A stretch of DNA of 64,000 nucleotides, taken from assembly GCA_963779985.1 (NCBI GenBank), contig CAVZZW010000004.1, forward strand, positions 1,527,624-1,591,623. Direction: 5' to 3'. This document shows positions 1-11,222 of the stretch, one piece after another. The position numbers and the translations under genes were made by a program. Numbering within the stretch: position 1 is the stretch's first letter; each line of letters starts with the position of its first letter. The notes below the pieces were generated by a model, which was given only the letters and a program-made list of their open reading frames with translations, was not told where the DNA came from and did no database searches. The stretch is from an uncultured Gammaproteobacteria bacterium (GTDB taxonomy: Bacteria; Pseudomonadota; Gammaproteobacteria; Steroidobacterales; Steroidobacteraceae).

Positions 1-1244
1 GACAGTCCCTTTTGCAAGGCCTTCATCCGCAACGGATCCTTCAGTACCGCGCGCCGAAACATTTCCGGGGCGAAATTCGGGACACCCGTGAAGGTCAGAT
101 CCTCGCCCTCGGTGAAGGTATCGCCGATGTTGATGGTCCCATGGTTGTGCAGCCCGATGATGTCCCCGGCGTAGGCCTCCTCCGCCTGGCTGCGGTCGGC
201 GGCCAGGAACGTCAGTGCGTCGGCGATGCGAACGTCCTTGTCGAGGCGCACGTGGTACAGGCGCATGCCGCGCGCATACCGGCCGGAACAAAGACGCATG
301 AACGCGATGCGGTCGCGGTGCCCGGGATCCATGTTGGCCTGAATCTTGAAGACGAAGCCCGTGAGCTTCGGTTCGTCGGCATCGACTTGGCGCTGCAGCG
401 TCGGACGCGGCAGCGGACCCGGCGAATGCCGCACGAAGGCCGACAGCAATTCTCTGACGCCGAAATTGTTGACGGCTGAGCCGAAGAACACCGGCGTCTG
501 TTTCGCGGCACGATAGCGCTCCAAATCGAATTGTGGACTGGCGCCGCGCACCAGATCCACTTCGTCCAGAAACTCCCGGTATCTCGGCCCGAGGAATTCC
601 CGCGCCTCGGCGCTTGCGATGCCGTCGATGGTCTCGTGAGTCCCTACCCGCCCCTTCTCCACCGGCACGTACACATAAATTCTATCCTCGAGCAGATGAT
701 AGACGCCGAGCAGATCGCGCCCCATGCCGATCGGCCAGGTGATCGGCGCACACTGGATCTTCAGTACGCTCTCGATTTCATCGAGCAGCTCGATCGGCGC
801 CCGGCCGTCGCGATCCAGTTTGTTGACGAAGGTCATGATGGGCGTGTCGCGCAGCCGGCACACGTCCATGAGCTTGATGGTGCGCTCTTCGACACCCTTG
901 GCGCAGTCGATGACCATCAGCGCCGAATCGACCGCCGTCAGCGTGCGGTAGGTATCTTCGGAGAAGTCCTCGTGACCCGGAGTGTCGAGCAGATTGACGA
1001 TGCAGTCGTCGAAGGGAAACTGCATCACCGAAGAAGTCACGGAGATGCCGCGCTGCTGTTCCAGGCGCATCCAGTCGGAGGTCGCGTGGCGCGTCGCCTT
1101 GCGGCCCTTCACGGTTCCCGCCATCTGGATGGCGCCGCCGAACAGCAGCAGCTTCTCGGTCAGCGTGGTCTTGCCCGCATCGGGGTGGGAGATGATGGCA
1201 AAAGTTCGTCTTTTCCCTATATTTTCCGCTAAATCATCATTCAT
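1..1244 (-). CDS. prfC: Peptide chain release factor 3 (translational GTPase); C-terminus lies beyond the window start
   Basis: Hand translation of the minus strand from ATG 1244 stays open to base 1. It reads [101 protein letters not shown], giving the GTPase G1/G3/G4 motifs and an RF3-type N-terminus. It is absent from the ORF track because there is no stop in the window. Confidence 0.9.
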   Translation of the reverse strand, partial: MNDDLAENIGKRRTFAIISHPDAGKTTLTEKLLLFGGAIQMAGTVKGRKATRHATSDWMRLEQQRGISVTSSVMQFPFDDCIVNLLDTPGHEDFSEDTYRTLTAVDSALMVIDCAKGVEERTIKLMDVCRLRDTPIMTFVNKLDRDGRAPIELLDEIESVLKIQCAPITWPIGMGRDLLGVYHLLEDRIYVYVPVEKGRVGTHETIDGIASAEAREFLGPRYREFLDEVDLVRGASPQFDLERYRAAKQTPVFFGSAVNNFGVRELLSAFVRHSPGPLPRPTLQRQVDADEPKLTGFVFKIQANMDPGHRDRIAFMRLCSGRYARGMRLYHVRLDKDVRIADALTFLAADRSQAEEAYAGDIIGLHNHGTINIGDTFTEGEDLTFTGVPNFAPEMFRRAVLKDPLRMKALQKGL

Positions 1245-1265
1245 GTTTGGTACTATTTTCTGATT

Positions 1266-1284
1266 TTGTACAATTTTTGTACAA
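1266..1284. promoter_or_regulatory. Tandem palindromic boxes TTGTACAA-TTT-TTGTACAA, 22-40 nt upstream of the prfC start
   Basis: Read directly from the sequence. Each 8-mer is its own reverse complement. Function unknown. Confidence 0.3.
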
Positions 1285-1581
1285 GTTGATGCCGGTGCAT
1301 TTGGATGCCGCTGGGCTGTAGACAGCCCACCATTCTAGAGTGGTTGGCAGGTCTCGCTGTACTGAAAACCGTACAGCACGATGCCTAATTCCATAGAAAC
1401 ACCCCTGGAGAGCATTTTAATCACAATAAAACGCTCTTAAGAGCATATAAACGCTGCTGCGCAGCGCCGGGGTCTCAGAGCGGGACTGCGCGCTTCTAGC
1501 CGGAGCACTCGCTTATCCTGGATTCGGCAATCGTAGAGCAATAAATTGCCTCCCGAGAATGACGACACTGGCCGGCAACGG

Positions 1582-2071
1582 CTACTTCGCTTCCGGCAGC
1601 AACGCTCGTCGCAGCACCGCCGCGTCCTCGCGGCCCATGGTTGCCTGGTAGTACCCGCGCCGCACGCCCACCTGTTCGAAACCCATCGAATGATACAGCC
1701 GGGCAGCGGCCGTATTGGACGGCCTGACCTCGAGAAAAGCTTCGTACATGCCGGCGGCGCGCGCGCGATCCAAGAGGTACAGAAGCACCTTGCGGGCATA
1801 GCCGCGGCCGCGATATTCGTCGCTGATGCACACATTCAGTATGTGCGCCTCGCCTGCGCCGACGGACATGATGCCGTAGCCGGCCATGTTCGCCGCCGAC
1901 ATCGACCACGCGGCACACGTAGCCGACCCGCAAACAGTCGCGAAAAATACCTTCGCTCCAGGGAAACTGATAGGCGGAGCGTTCGATGGCCACGATCACG
2001 GGCACGTCGAGATCGTGCATGGGCCGGATCTCGATCGGGTCGAACTCGACTTCTTGTTTGACGCTAGACAC
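1582..2071 (-). CDS. rimI: Ribosomal-protein-alanine N-acetyltransferase (GNAT), apparent frameshift near 1897
   Basis: The N-terminal part is in ORF 1496..2071 (MSSVKQEVEFDPIEIRPMH..AYQFPWSEGIF). The C-terminal part is in ORF 1582..1902 (GYGIMSVGAGEAHILNVCISDEYRGRGYARKVL..LEVRPSNTAAARLYHSMGF). Together they make one RimI-like protein, but in two frames. Confidence 0.8.
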
Positions 2072-2956
2072 GAGCAGATACCTCGCGGGCGAATTTCAAA
2101 TCCTCCCATGCCTTGCGCTTGTCGGTCGGCGTGCGCAACAGATAGGCAGGATGATAGGTTACGACCAACGGCACTTGGGACAGGCCGAAGCGGTGCACCT
2201 GTTGGCGCAGGCGTCCCAGTGTGACCTCGGTGCGCAGCAAATTCTGAGAGGCGATACGCCCCACCGCCAACATGATCTTGGGCTTCAGCAGTGCGATCTG
2301 CTGCTCGAGGTAGGGCAGGCATTCGGCCGCTTCGCTCGCGGTGGGATCGCGATTGCCGGGCGGGCGGCATTTCAAGACATTGGCGATGTACACCTGTTCT
2401 CGCGCCAGTCCGATCGCGTGCAGCATGGAATTCAACAGCTGACCGGCCCGGCCGACGAAAGGCTCCCCCTGACGGTCTTCATCGGCACCCGGCGCTTCGC
2501 CGACGATGAGCCATTCAGCCTTTTGGTTGCCCACGCCGAAGACGGTTTGCGTGCGCGTGTTGCACAGCGTGCAGCGTGTGCAGGCGGCCACCCGTGCCCG
2601 AAGCTCGGGCCAATCGGCACCGGCCTCGCGCGCAGCAGATGAATCACTGGGCGGGGCGATGTCGCGGGACGGGGTGGCCTCGCGAGGCAGGGCGCCATCA
2701 GCTGCCTCGCAGCGGCGCGCGTGGCCTCGCGAGGCAGGGCGCCATCACGAGGCGGAGTGGCCTCGCGAGGCGGGGCGGCATCACGAGGCGGAGTGGCACC
2801 GCGAGGCGGGGCGGCATCGCGAAGCTGGGCGGCATCACGGGACGGCGCGACGTCGCGAGGCAGCTCGGTCTCCCGCGATCCGGCCTGCTTGGCGCGCGCG
2901 ACCCACGATTCCAGCCCCAAGGCGGCGAGATATTCGCGGCGCAGCGCGTTATTCAT
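2064..2956 (-). CDS. Family-4 uracil-DNA glycosylase with N-terminal extension and repeat linker; frameshift at 2701-2722
   Basis: ORF 2064..2591 carries CTRCTLC, GEAPGADED and HPAYLLR motifs. The N-terminal [19 protein letters not shown] starts at ATG 2956 in the frame of ORF 2432..3685. My hand translation of 2580-2700 reads DGALPREATPSRDIAPPSDSSAAREAGADWPELRARVAAC, in frame with the catalytic domain. Confidence 0.8.
2720..2863 (-). repeat. Coding tandem repeat: eight 18-bp units encoding x-P-R-(D/E/G)-x-(A/T)
   Basis: The protein reads LPRDVA PSRDAA QLRDAA PPRGAT PPRDAA PPREAT PPRDGA LPREAT. The exact 27-bp copy gtggcctcgcgaggcagggcgccatca occurs at 2674-2700 and again at 2721-2747. Confidence 0.8.
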
Positions 2957-3725
2957 GCCTGCGTGACCGGGCGGCTCCGTCGCCGCAGCTTGCGGTAGAG
3001 CCAAAGCGAGGGCGCGGATAGGCCGTACAAGCCGAAAATCACCAGCAAACTGATCGGTAAGTGCAGGAAAATGAAGATGAACGCGAGTGGCACCAAAATA
3101 ATGTACGTGAAGCGCACTCGCGCGCCGGGATTCACTTGCTTGAAGCTGTTGAAGGCGAAGCGGCTGATCATGAGCGCACCGGCGGATGCGGTGACCAGGA
3201 ACGCCAGGATCAAGCCGGGCAGACCTATGTTGGTTTGATCGCTGGCGAGCCACACCAGGGCCGCGACGATGGCGGCGGCCGAGGGGCTCGGCAAGCCCTC
3301 GAAGTAGTGCTTGTCCTGGGTCGCCGACCGTGAATTGAAGCGCGCCAGGCGCAAGCGCCGCTGCCGCCGCGTAGAAAAAGCACACCAGCCAGCCCAGCCT
3401 GCGCCACAGCGGTCCGTACTCGGCAATGCGCGCCACCCCCCATTGGTAGGTGACGATGGCCGGGGCAACGCCGAACGACACCATGTCCGACAGGCTGTCG
3501 TACTCCTTGCCGAAGGGACTTTCGGTGTGAGTCCAGCGCGCCACGCGGCCGTCCAATCCGTCGAATATCATGGCGATGAAGATCGCGGCGCCGGCACGTT
3601 CGAATTTCAAGTCGATGGCCGCCACGATGGCATAAAAGCCGGCGAACAATGCTCCCGTGGTGAGCAGGTTCGGCAGCCAGTACACTCCCCGCGGCCGCGC
3701 TGTTGGATCGTCCGTCGTCGCTCAT
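2953..3725 (-). CDS. pssA: CDP-diacylglycerol--serine O-phosphatidyltransferase; frameshift near 3357, start uncertain
   Basis: The first frame gives (RPRG)[38 protein letters not shown], the CDP-alcohol transferase motif. The C-terminal half is in ORF 2953..3468 ([26 protein letters not shown]). The start is either GTG 3685, or ATG 3725 with one more shift. Confidence 0.75.
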
Positions 3726-3768
3726 GAGCCCCCATAATACCAGGGGGGCTGATGTAAGATATGCGGCT

Positions 3769-5479
3769 ATGCGCTTATCTCAAAATCCGATCTCGACCCT
3801 CAAAGAGGTGCCCGCCGACGCGGAGGTCGTCAGCCACCAGCTCATGCTGCGGACGGGCATGATCCGCCGTCTCGCGGCGGGCCTGTATGTCTGGCTGCCG
3901 CTTGGCCTGCGCACTCTGCGCAAGGTGGAACGCATCGTGCGCGAGGAAATGGACCGCGCGGGCGCTCTGGAATTGTGCATGCCGACCGTCCAGCCCGCGG
4001 AATTGTGGAAGGAATCGGGCCGTTGGACCAAGTACGGCCCGGAATTGCTGCGCTTCAAGGATCGGCACGACCGCGAATTCGTCTATGGACCCACCCACGA
4101 AGAGGTCATCACCGATATCGCGCGGCGCGAATTGCGCAGTTACAAGCAACTGCCGGTCAATTTCTATCAGATTCAGTCCAAGTTCCGCGATGAAATTCGC
4201 CCCCGCTTCGGCGTCATGCGCGCCCGCGAGTTCTTGATGAAGGATGCGTACTCTTTTCATGCGGACGAGGCCAGCCTCGCCCAAGGCTATCGCCGCATGT
4301 ACGAGGCGTACACGCGCATTTTTACGCGCATGGGCCTGAAGTTTCGTGCGGTTCAGGCGGACGGCGGCAGCATCGGCGGCAGCCACGTCCCAGGAATTCC
4401 ACGTACTCGCGGACTCCGGCGAGGATGCCATCGCCTTCTCCAACGGCGATGATTACGCCGCCAATCTCGAGATGGCCGCCACCATCGCGCCTCCCGGGCC
4501 GCGCCCGCCGCCCGCCGAACCTCTGACCAAGATACCCACGCCGAACGCACGCACCATCGCGGAGCTGAGCGCGCAGGTCGGCGTGGATGCCGCGCGTTGC
4601 GTCAAGACCCTGCTGGTCGACGGCAGCGACGGCGACGTCGTCGCCTTGGTGATCCGCGGCGATCACGAATTGAATGCGGTGAAGGCGCAGAAACTGCCCG
4701 GCGTCGCCAATCCGTTGCGGATGGCGAGCGCCGATCGGGTGCGCAAGGCCACCGGCTCGGAGCCCGGCTTCATCGGGCCCATCGGTTTTGCCGGCAAGAT
4801 CTATGTCGACCATGCGGCGGCTCACTTGGCGGATTTCGTCTGCGGCGCCAACGAAAAGGACATGCACTTCCGCGGCGTGAACTGGGGGCGCGACCTCGAG
4901 CTCGCGCAAACCGCGGATATTCGCAATGCGCAGCGCGGCGACCCCAGCCCCACCGGCCGGGGAACCCTGGAGATCGCCCGCGGCATCGAGGTGGGCCACA
5001 TATTCCAACTTGGACAGCTGTACAGCGCATCCATGAATGCCAGCGTGCTCGATGAGCAGGGCAAGGCGCTGACCATGTTCATGGGCTGCTACGGCATCGG
5101 AGTCACGCGGGTCGTTGCCGCCGCCATCGAACAGAATCACGATGCCAACGGCATTCTCTGGCCGGAAGCGATCGCGCCCTTCCAGGTCGTCCTGGTGCCG
5201 ATCAATTATCAGAAATCGACGCGGGTCCAAGAGACCGCCGACGCCATGTACGAGCAGTTCAACGCAGCCGGCATCGACGTATTGCTGGACGATCGGGATG
5301 CCCGTCCCGGGCGTCAAATTCGCCGATTCCGAGCTCTGGGGATCCCGCATCGGATCGTCATCGGCGAGCGCGGCCTCGCCGCCGGAAATCTCGAATATCG
5401 TCATCGCAGCGAGACCGAATCGACGGAAATCCCCGCCGCGGATCCGGTAGGCTACATCCGACATAAGTTAAATAGCTGA
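3769..5479 (+). CDS. proS: Prolyl-tRNA synthetase; three apparent frameshifts (about 4385, 5310, 5338)
   Basis: [48 protein letters not shown] is a typical ProS N-terminus. It continues in ORF 4346..5479 ([38 protein letters not shown]). The segment [12 protein letters not shown] is only readable in ORF 5115..5450. Confidence 0.88.
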
Positions 5480-5488
5480 GGAAGACCG

Positions 5489-6076
5489 ATGCAGCGGCCG
5501 CTGCGCGCAAGTATCGCCTGCGCTTTCGTCGCTCTGGTGTGGGCGTGCGCCCCGGGGACCGCGCGCGCGGATCAGCAGCGTGATCCGGAACTGAAGGCGT
5601 TGCTGCAGAAGATCATCGGCAGCTCCGATTGCTTCACCGACAAGTACGAGTCCGAAGTCTGGTACAAGACCATGGAGCCGCGCCTCGCCCGTCTGGTGCC
5701 GACGCATGAAGCGCGGGTCGAAATCCTGGATCATGTGTACTGCGAAGCGAAGCGCGATCCCTCGCTGCAGCTGCCCCCGGATCTGGTGCTCGCATTGATC
5801 GAGGTGGAGAGCCGCTTCGATCGCTGGGCGGTATCACCCGCCGGCGCAGTCGGGCTGATGCAGGTCATGCCGTTCTGGCCGCGCCAACTCGGCGTGCAGA
5901 ATCAGCTGGTCCAGGTCGCGCCCAACATCCGCATGGGCTGCGAGATTCTGCGCTACTACCTGCGGGTCGAGAACCGCAATTGGTCGCGCGCGCTCGCGAG
6001 GTACAACGGCAGCGTCGGCCGCAACACCTACCCGGCGCTGGTGATGCAGCGCTGGCAGCACGCCTGGCGGTTTTAA
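5489..6076 (+). CDS. Exported lytic transglycosylase (SLT domain)
   Basis: There is a signal-like N-terminus (ACAFVALVWACAPGTARA). The catalytic region reads ALIEVESRFDRWAVSPAGAVGLMQV..ARYNGS. Confidence 0.8.
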   Translation: MQRPLRASIACAFVALVWACAPGTARADQQRDPELKALLQKIIGSSDCFTDKYESEVWYKTMEPRLARLVPTHEARVEILDHVYCEAKRDPSLQLPPDLVLALIEVESRFDRWAVSPAGAVGLMQVMPFWPRQLGVQNQLVQVAPNIRMGCEILRYYLRVENRNWSRALARYNGSVGRNTYPALVMQRWQHAWRF

Positions 6077-6130
6077 AAGAACGGGTCCCGGCGATTTGGC
6101 GTTGCGGTGCCGCAGGTCAGGGTAGCGGCA

Positions 6131-6409
6131 TCAACCTACTTCGAATTCCTCGGGGATCGGCTGGATCCCATCGTGCGCGGTTTCGCGGACCTCGACCACC
6201 CGCGCCTGCGCCGGTCCGCGTTGCAGCCACGCCCGCAGCTCCTCGACCGCGGCCGCTGCGCCCTGCGCGAGGACTTCCACCGAGCCATCCGGCAGATTGC
6301 GGGCGATGCCGCGGAGGACGAGCCTGCGGGCCTCGAGCCGGGCACTGTGACGAAAATACACGCCCTGGACTTTCCCAAAGACGAGAAAACGCCGAATGAC
6401 CTGGTCCAA
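6131..6409 (-). CDS. acyP: Acylphosphatase
   Basis: 92 aa. The motifs VFGKVQGVYFRHS and GIARNLPDGSVEVLAQG fit the acylphosphatase signatures. Confidence 0.85.
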   Translation of the reverse strand: MDQVIRRFLVFGKVQGVYFRHSARLEARRLVLRGIARNLPDGSVEVLAQGAAAAVEELRAWLQRGPAQARVVEVRETAHDGIQPIPEEFEVG

Positions 6410-6421
6410 TTCGACTTGGCC

Positions 6422-6742
6422 TCAGTGCGGCGCGGTTGACGGCGCCTCGGCATGCTGCGCATTGGCGAGAGCGGCGGCGGCATGACGCTTGGCCTCCAAC
6501 GCCGCCAAGCGCGCGCGCGTGAACTCCTGTGCCTGCAGGTGGTTTTCGGCACGCGTAATGGCCGCCTGAGCGGCATAGAAATCCGGCGATGTCGCCGTGG
6601 TCGCGCCCGCCGCGCCGGCGGCGGCGATGGCCTGGCGCGCATCGCTCATCTCTTGCACGGGAGCTCCGGCGCATCCGACGAGGCAGGCAATACCGACAAA
6701 TACAGCAAGGAAACGCAACATAGGGTGAACGGACACTAGCAA
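6422..6742 (-). CDS. Small lipoprotein, DUF4398-like helical protein
   Basis: Lipobox LVGC follows MLRFLAVFVGIAC; the likely true start is M8 at 6721. The rest is Ala-rich helical sequence. Confidence 0.6.
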   Translation of the reverse strand: MLVSVHPMLRFLAVFVGIACLVGCAGAPVQEMSDARQAIAAAGAAGATTATSPDFYAAQAAITRAENHLQAQEFTRARLAALEAKRHAAAALANAQHAEAPSTAPH

Positions 6743-6842
6743 CAGCCGCCAGAGCCGTCAAACGAGCAGCCGTTATACAATAGGTGTTCGGGCGCAACGA
6801 ATCCGTTGCGCCGGCGCAGCATACACACAAATTTCCTAGTGA

Positions 6843-7460
<618 letters not shown>

Positions 7461-7532
7461 GTCTCGAGTACCACGGCCCGTTCGCTGACGATTTGGCTTT
7501 GGATCGCGCTCGTCCTGAGCCTGTTCGCGTGG

Positions 7533-7793
7533 ATGACGGCCGGGTATCCCTGGCCGATTTGCACGCTGGCCGCTCTACCGTTGCTGGCGCCGCTCGGCGG
7601 CCTGTTGCGCGGCCGGCGCCACACTTACGCTTGGGCTACCTTGTTCGCCATACCCTATCTCGTGTTCGCGTTGACGGAATTACTGGTCAATCCCGCCGCC
7701 CGCTGGGTCGCCGCAACGAGTCTGCTGCTGGTATTCGGCTGGTTCTGCACTATGATTTTGTTCTTGCGTGCTTCTCGAGCGCATCGCGAATGA
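7533..7793 (+). CDS. DUF2069-like small membrane protein; true start probably upstream
   Basis: Hydrophobic 86-aa ORF. The frame stays open back to 7461 (SSTTARSLTIWLWIALVLSLFAW) with no canonical start, so there may be another indel or a non-ATG start. Confidence 0.5.
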   Translation: MTAGYPWPICTLAALPLLAPLGGLLRGRRHTYAWATLFAIPYLVFALTELLVNPAARWVAATSLLLVFGWFCTMILFLRASRAHRE

Positions 7794-8453
7794 AGGGAAT
7801 GGTGAGCCGGCGCTGCGCAACCAGCGACGCCTCATCGAGCTGGTCGAGGATGTCGAACAACGAGCGCATGTCCCGCGGCATGCGCTTCAGTAGATACTCG
7901 GAGGTCTCGTACGGCAGCTGCAAGCCGCGCTGCGCCGCGCGCAAGCGCAGCGCTTCGATACGGCCTTCGTCGTCGAGGTCGCGCAGCTGATAGACGACAC
8001 ACGCAGCCGCCCGCGAGCGCCAGTCCTCCAGGCGCCAATCCGGTTGCCGCGGCGGCGCCGCGGCGGCAAAAATCAATCGCGTGCGCAGTTCCGCCGCTTC
8101 GTTGAACAGGCGAAACAGCGCTCTCTCCCACGCCAAATCTCCGGCCACGGCATCCACGTCATCGACGCAGAGCACCCGAGCGCGCTCGAAACCCGCCAGT
8201 GCTTCGGGAGGCAATGCGGGCGGGCGGGTCAGCGGGAAATAAGCGGCCGGCGCATCGGACGGCGCCGCGCCCGCAGCCGCGCACACGGCCTGCAGTAAAT
8301 GGGTCTTTCCCGAGCCACCGCGCCCCCAAAGCCACAGCGGCGCGGCACTGGGCGTGCGCAGAGCGGCAACGATCTTCGCCGTTCAAGTCCCGGCCAAAAG
8401 CTCTCGAATACCGCATCCGCCCGCAATCTCACTCCGAGCGCGAGCTGCTTCAC
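7750..8453 (-). CDS. hda: DnaA regulatory inactivator Hda; frameshift near 8370
   Basis: GTG 8453 opens VKQLALGVRLRADAVFESFWPG. A third frame then gives AKIVAALRTPSAAPLWLWGRGGSGKTHLLQAVCAAAG (Walker A) and continues into ORF 7750..8286. The start overlaps the upstream stop (GTGA). Confidence 0.8.
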
Positions 8454-9040
8454 GGGCGTCGGTCGCCGGCGCGTGCCGCGGCACGCGGCTTCGCGAGACC
8501 CAGCGCCCGCCGGCCGTAAATCAGCACATAGTCGAGGCCGCTGACGCTCACCGTCACGAACACCAGCGCGCCGAGCAGCGTCACCGTCCACGCCGGCGGC
8601 ACCGCGAATTCCTCTCGGCCGACGACGGCCAGAATGAACGCGGCCTGGCACAGCGTATTGAATTTGCTCACGATCGACGGACGCACGTTGAGCGGCCCGA
8701 ACCAAAACCGGTAGATCAGCGCGCCGAGCACGATGATCGCATCGCGAGCCACCGCGGCCGCCATCAGCCAGAGCGGAACGAGCTTCATGTAAGCGAGCGT
8801 GATGAATACGGTCGCCAGCAATAACTTGTCCGCGGCCGGATCGAGCACGGCGCCGAGTTCACTCTGCCAACCATAGCGTTTGGCGAGAAAGCCGTCGGCC
8901 GCATCCGACAACGCAGCAATGCCGAACAAGGCGATGGTGGTCGACAGTTGATGATGCGCCAACGCCATGGCGATGGGCGCGACGAGCAGAATTCTGATCG
9001 AGCTGATGACGTTCGGGATTTGGCGCGCAGACCAGGACAC
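8450..9040 (-). CDS. CDP-alcohol phosphatidyltransferase family protein
   Basis: Motif DAADGFLAKRYGWQSELGAVLDPAADK, with several TM segments. The start is set at the GTG (VSWSARQ) so it does not overlap the upstream gene; ORF track start is 9076. Confidence 0.75.
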   Translation of the reverse strand: MSWSARQIPNVISSIRILLVAPIAMALAHHQLSTTIALFGIAALSDAADGFLAKRYGWQSELGAVLDPAADKLLLATVFITLAYMKLVPLWLMAAAVARDAIIVLGALIYRFWFGPLNVRPSIVSKFNTLCQAAFILAVVGREEFAVPPAWTVTLLGALVFVTVSVSGLDYVLIYGRRALGLAKPRAAARAGDRRP

Positions 9041-9044
9041 GCGA

Positions 9045-10074
9045 TCAGTGACGAAGTTGAAAGCGCAGAATCCCATTGTCGCCGGCGGCGATCGGCTGCA
9101 GCCGCCCGTTCAATGACAGCGTGCGATGCAGCGATTCGGCTCCGCCGCGCGTGGCCAGACGAAATCTGACCGTATCGCCCGTCAAGGCCACCACGCTCAC
9201 ATGCGAAATGAACGTCAGCGATTCGAGATAGGTCTGCACATTGGCATACTCTCGAAGATCGCCGACGCCGGTCACCTCGATGTCGATCGGTACCAGATTG
9301 CCGCTGGCGGCGAACAGTCCCGCATACAAATCCGCGGTTCGATTCACACCTTCCAACGCCCCGGAAAATTCGCTGCTGCGGTCCTGAAACAGATGCGTCC
9401 AACGCACGTTGGCGGCCGCAGCTCGTGCCCGTGGCCCTGCCGATGAGTATGCCCTCGCCGCCCAGGCGCCGGCCGATGTCCGCCAGGGTGGACGGTGCGG
9501 CGCCGTTCACGCCGGCGTAGTCCAGGCGATTCTTTTGCACATCGGCAGCGCTCGGCCAGAGCAGCGGCACACCGCGCAGGACAGCGGCGGCGTCGATTGC
9601 CGTTTTCAATTCAGAGGTGTCGTCGGCGGTGATGACGATGCCGGATTGGGGACCCGTCTGCGCGGTCAGCCAGACGAAGGTCGTCGGCCGCTCATGGCCC
9701 CAAAGGGGCTGGCCATTCTGCGTGAGCCAACGCTCTATGGCCGGCCCGTCGAAGGACACCCACACCTGACCGTCCGGGGCACCGCGATACTGCTGCACGT
9801 AGCGGCGCGCATTGCCGACAAGCGGCGCGAGCGCCGGGTCATCCTCGGCCGAACGGCGGCCGGTGACGCGAATCAGGACGATCTTCATGGCGGTCTGGAA
9901 GGCCTCGGTCTGCGCCGCCTCGGAGCGGTCGGCCAAGGGCGCAGTCGCCTGATAGAGCTCGGCGCGAGTCAGCGCAAAACCGGCATGGGCGACGCACAAG
10001 GCAGCCACACTCAAGCACAAAATCGCTGCCGGACGCAAATTTCGCAGACAAAAGACGCTGAAATACTGTGGCAT
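9045..10074 (-). CDS. DUF2066-like exported protein; frameshift near 9410
   Basis: MPQYFSVFCLRNLRPAAILCLSVAALCVAHA is signal-like, in ORF 8785..10146. The C-terminal half is in ORF 9045..9407 (RWTHLFQDRSSEFSGALEGV..). The position next to hda and opposite purM is recurrent in gammaproteobacteria. Confidence 0.65.
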
Positions 10075-10189
10075 GGTGTTATCGCGGAAGCCTCGAGTTC
10101 CCTGATGTAAAATACCACAGCTGGCCGACCCGCCGTGTCGGGCCAACCGGCCTGCCCGACGGGGTATCCAACCACCATTGAGGATCAGA

Positions 10190-11222
10190 ATGACTGAGCG
10201 AGCCCCGGTAACCTATCGCGAGGCTGGAGTCGATATCGACGCCGGCGAGGACTGGTCGAACGAATCAAGCCCCACGTCAAGCGCTCCATGCGCCGCGAGG
10301 TGCTGGGCGGCATAGGCGGTTTCGGCGCCTTGGTCGAGGTGCCGCTCGACCGCTACCGCAAACCCGTGCTCGTGTCGGGAACCGACGGGGTCGGCACCAA
10401 GCTGCGCCTCGCGATCGACACCCGCCGCCACGATACCGTGGGCATCGATTTGGTGGCCATGTGCGTCAACGACGTGGTGGTCCAAGGCGCCGAGCCGCTG
10501 TTCTTCCTCGACTACTTCGCCACCGGCAAGCTCGACGTCGGCGTGGGTGAACGCCTCATCGCCGGCATCGTGGACGGGTGCGTGCAAGCGGGCTGCGCAC
10601 TGGTGGGCGGCGAAACGGCCGAGATGCCGGGCATGTATCACGGCGAGGATTACGATCTGGCGGGGTTCTGCGTCGGCATCGTGGAAAAGGACGCCATCAT
10701 CGACGGATCGGCCACGCGCGCCGGCGACGTGGTTCTCGGACTGCCTTCCTCGGGACCGCATTCCAACGGCTTTTCGTTGATCCGCAAAATACTTCAGGTC
10801 GGCGGGCGCCGACCTCGAGGCTCCCATGGACGGCGTAAAGCCTGGTCGATCGACTCATGGCGCCGACGCGCATCTACGTGAAGCCGTTGCTGCGCCTGAT
10901 CGCGGAGCTTCCGGTGCACGGACTGTCGCACATCACCGGCGGCGGTCTGGTGGAGAATATTCCGCGCGTGCTGCCCGACGGGTTGGAGGTGGTTCTGGAA
11001 CGCAGCTCCTGGCGCCGCGAAGCGGTGTTCGATTGGCTGCAGCGCCAGGGTCAGGTTGCCGACGCGGAAATGTATCGGGTATTCAATTGCGGTATCGGCA
11101 TGACGATTCAACTGGCGCCGGACCATGTCGATCGTGCCATCGCCATCCTGCGCGAACTGGGTCAGGAGGCGCTGGTCATCGGCGAAGTGCGCGCGGGTAC
11201 GCGCGGTGTCGTCATCGCGTGA
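10190..11222 (+). CDS. purM: Phosphoribosylformylglycinamidine cyclo-ligase; at least 3 apparent frameshifts (about 10248, 10805, 10850)
   Basis: ATG 10190 gives [20 protein letters not shown]. It continues as [36 protein letters not shown] (ORF 10288..10881), [13 protein letters not shown] (frame of ORF 10826) and [29 protein letters not shown] (ORF 10857..11222). Confidence 0.88.

Noticed and set aside
2674-2863. Regularly spaced short repeats that could suggest a CRISPR array
   Set aside because: The units are contiguous 18-bp coding repeats with no unique spacers. They translate to a Pro/Arg/Asp/Ala hexapeptide linker inside the UDG gene.
10213-10827. 204-aa minus-strand ORF
   Set aside because: It is antisense to purM.
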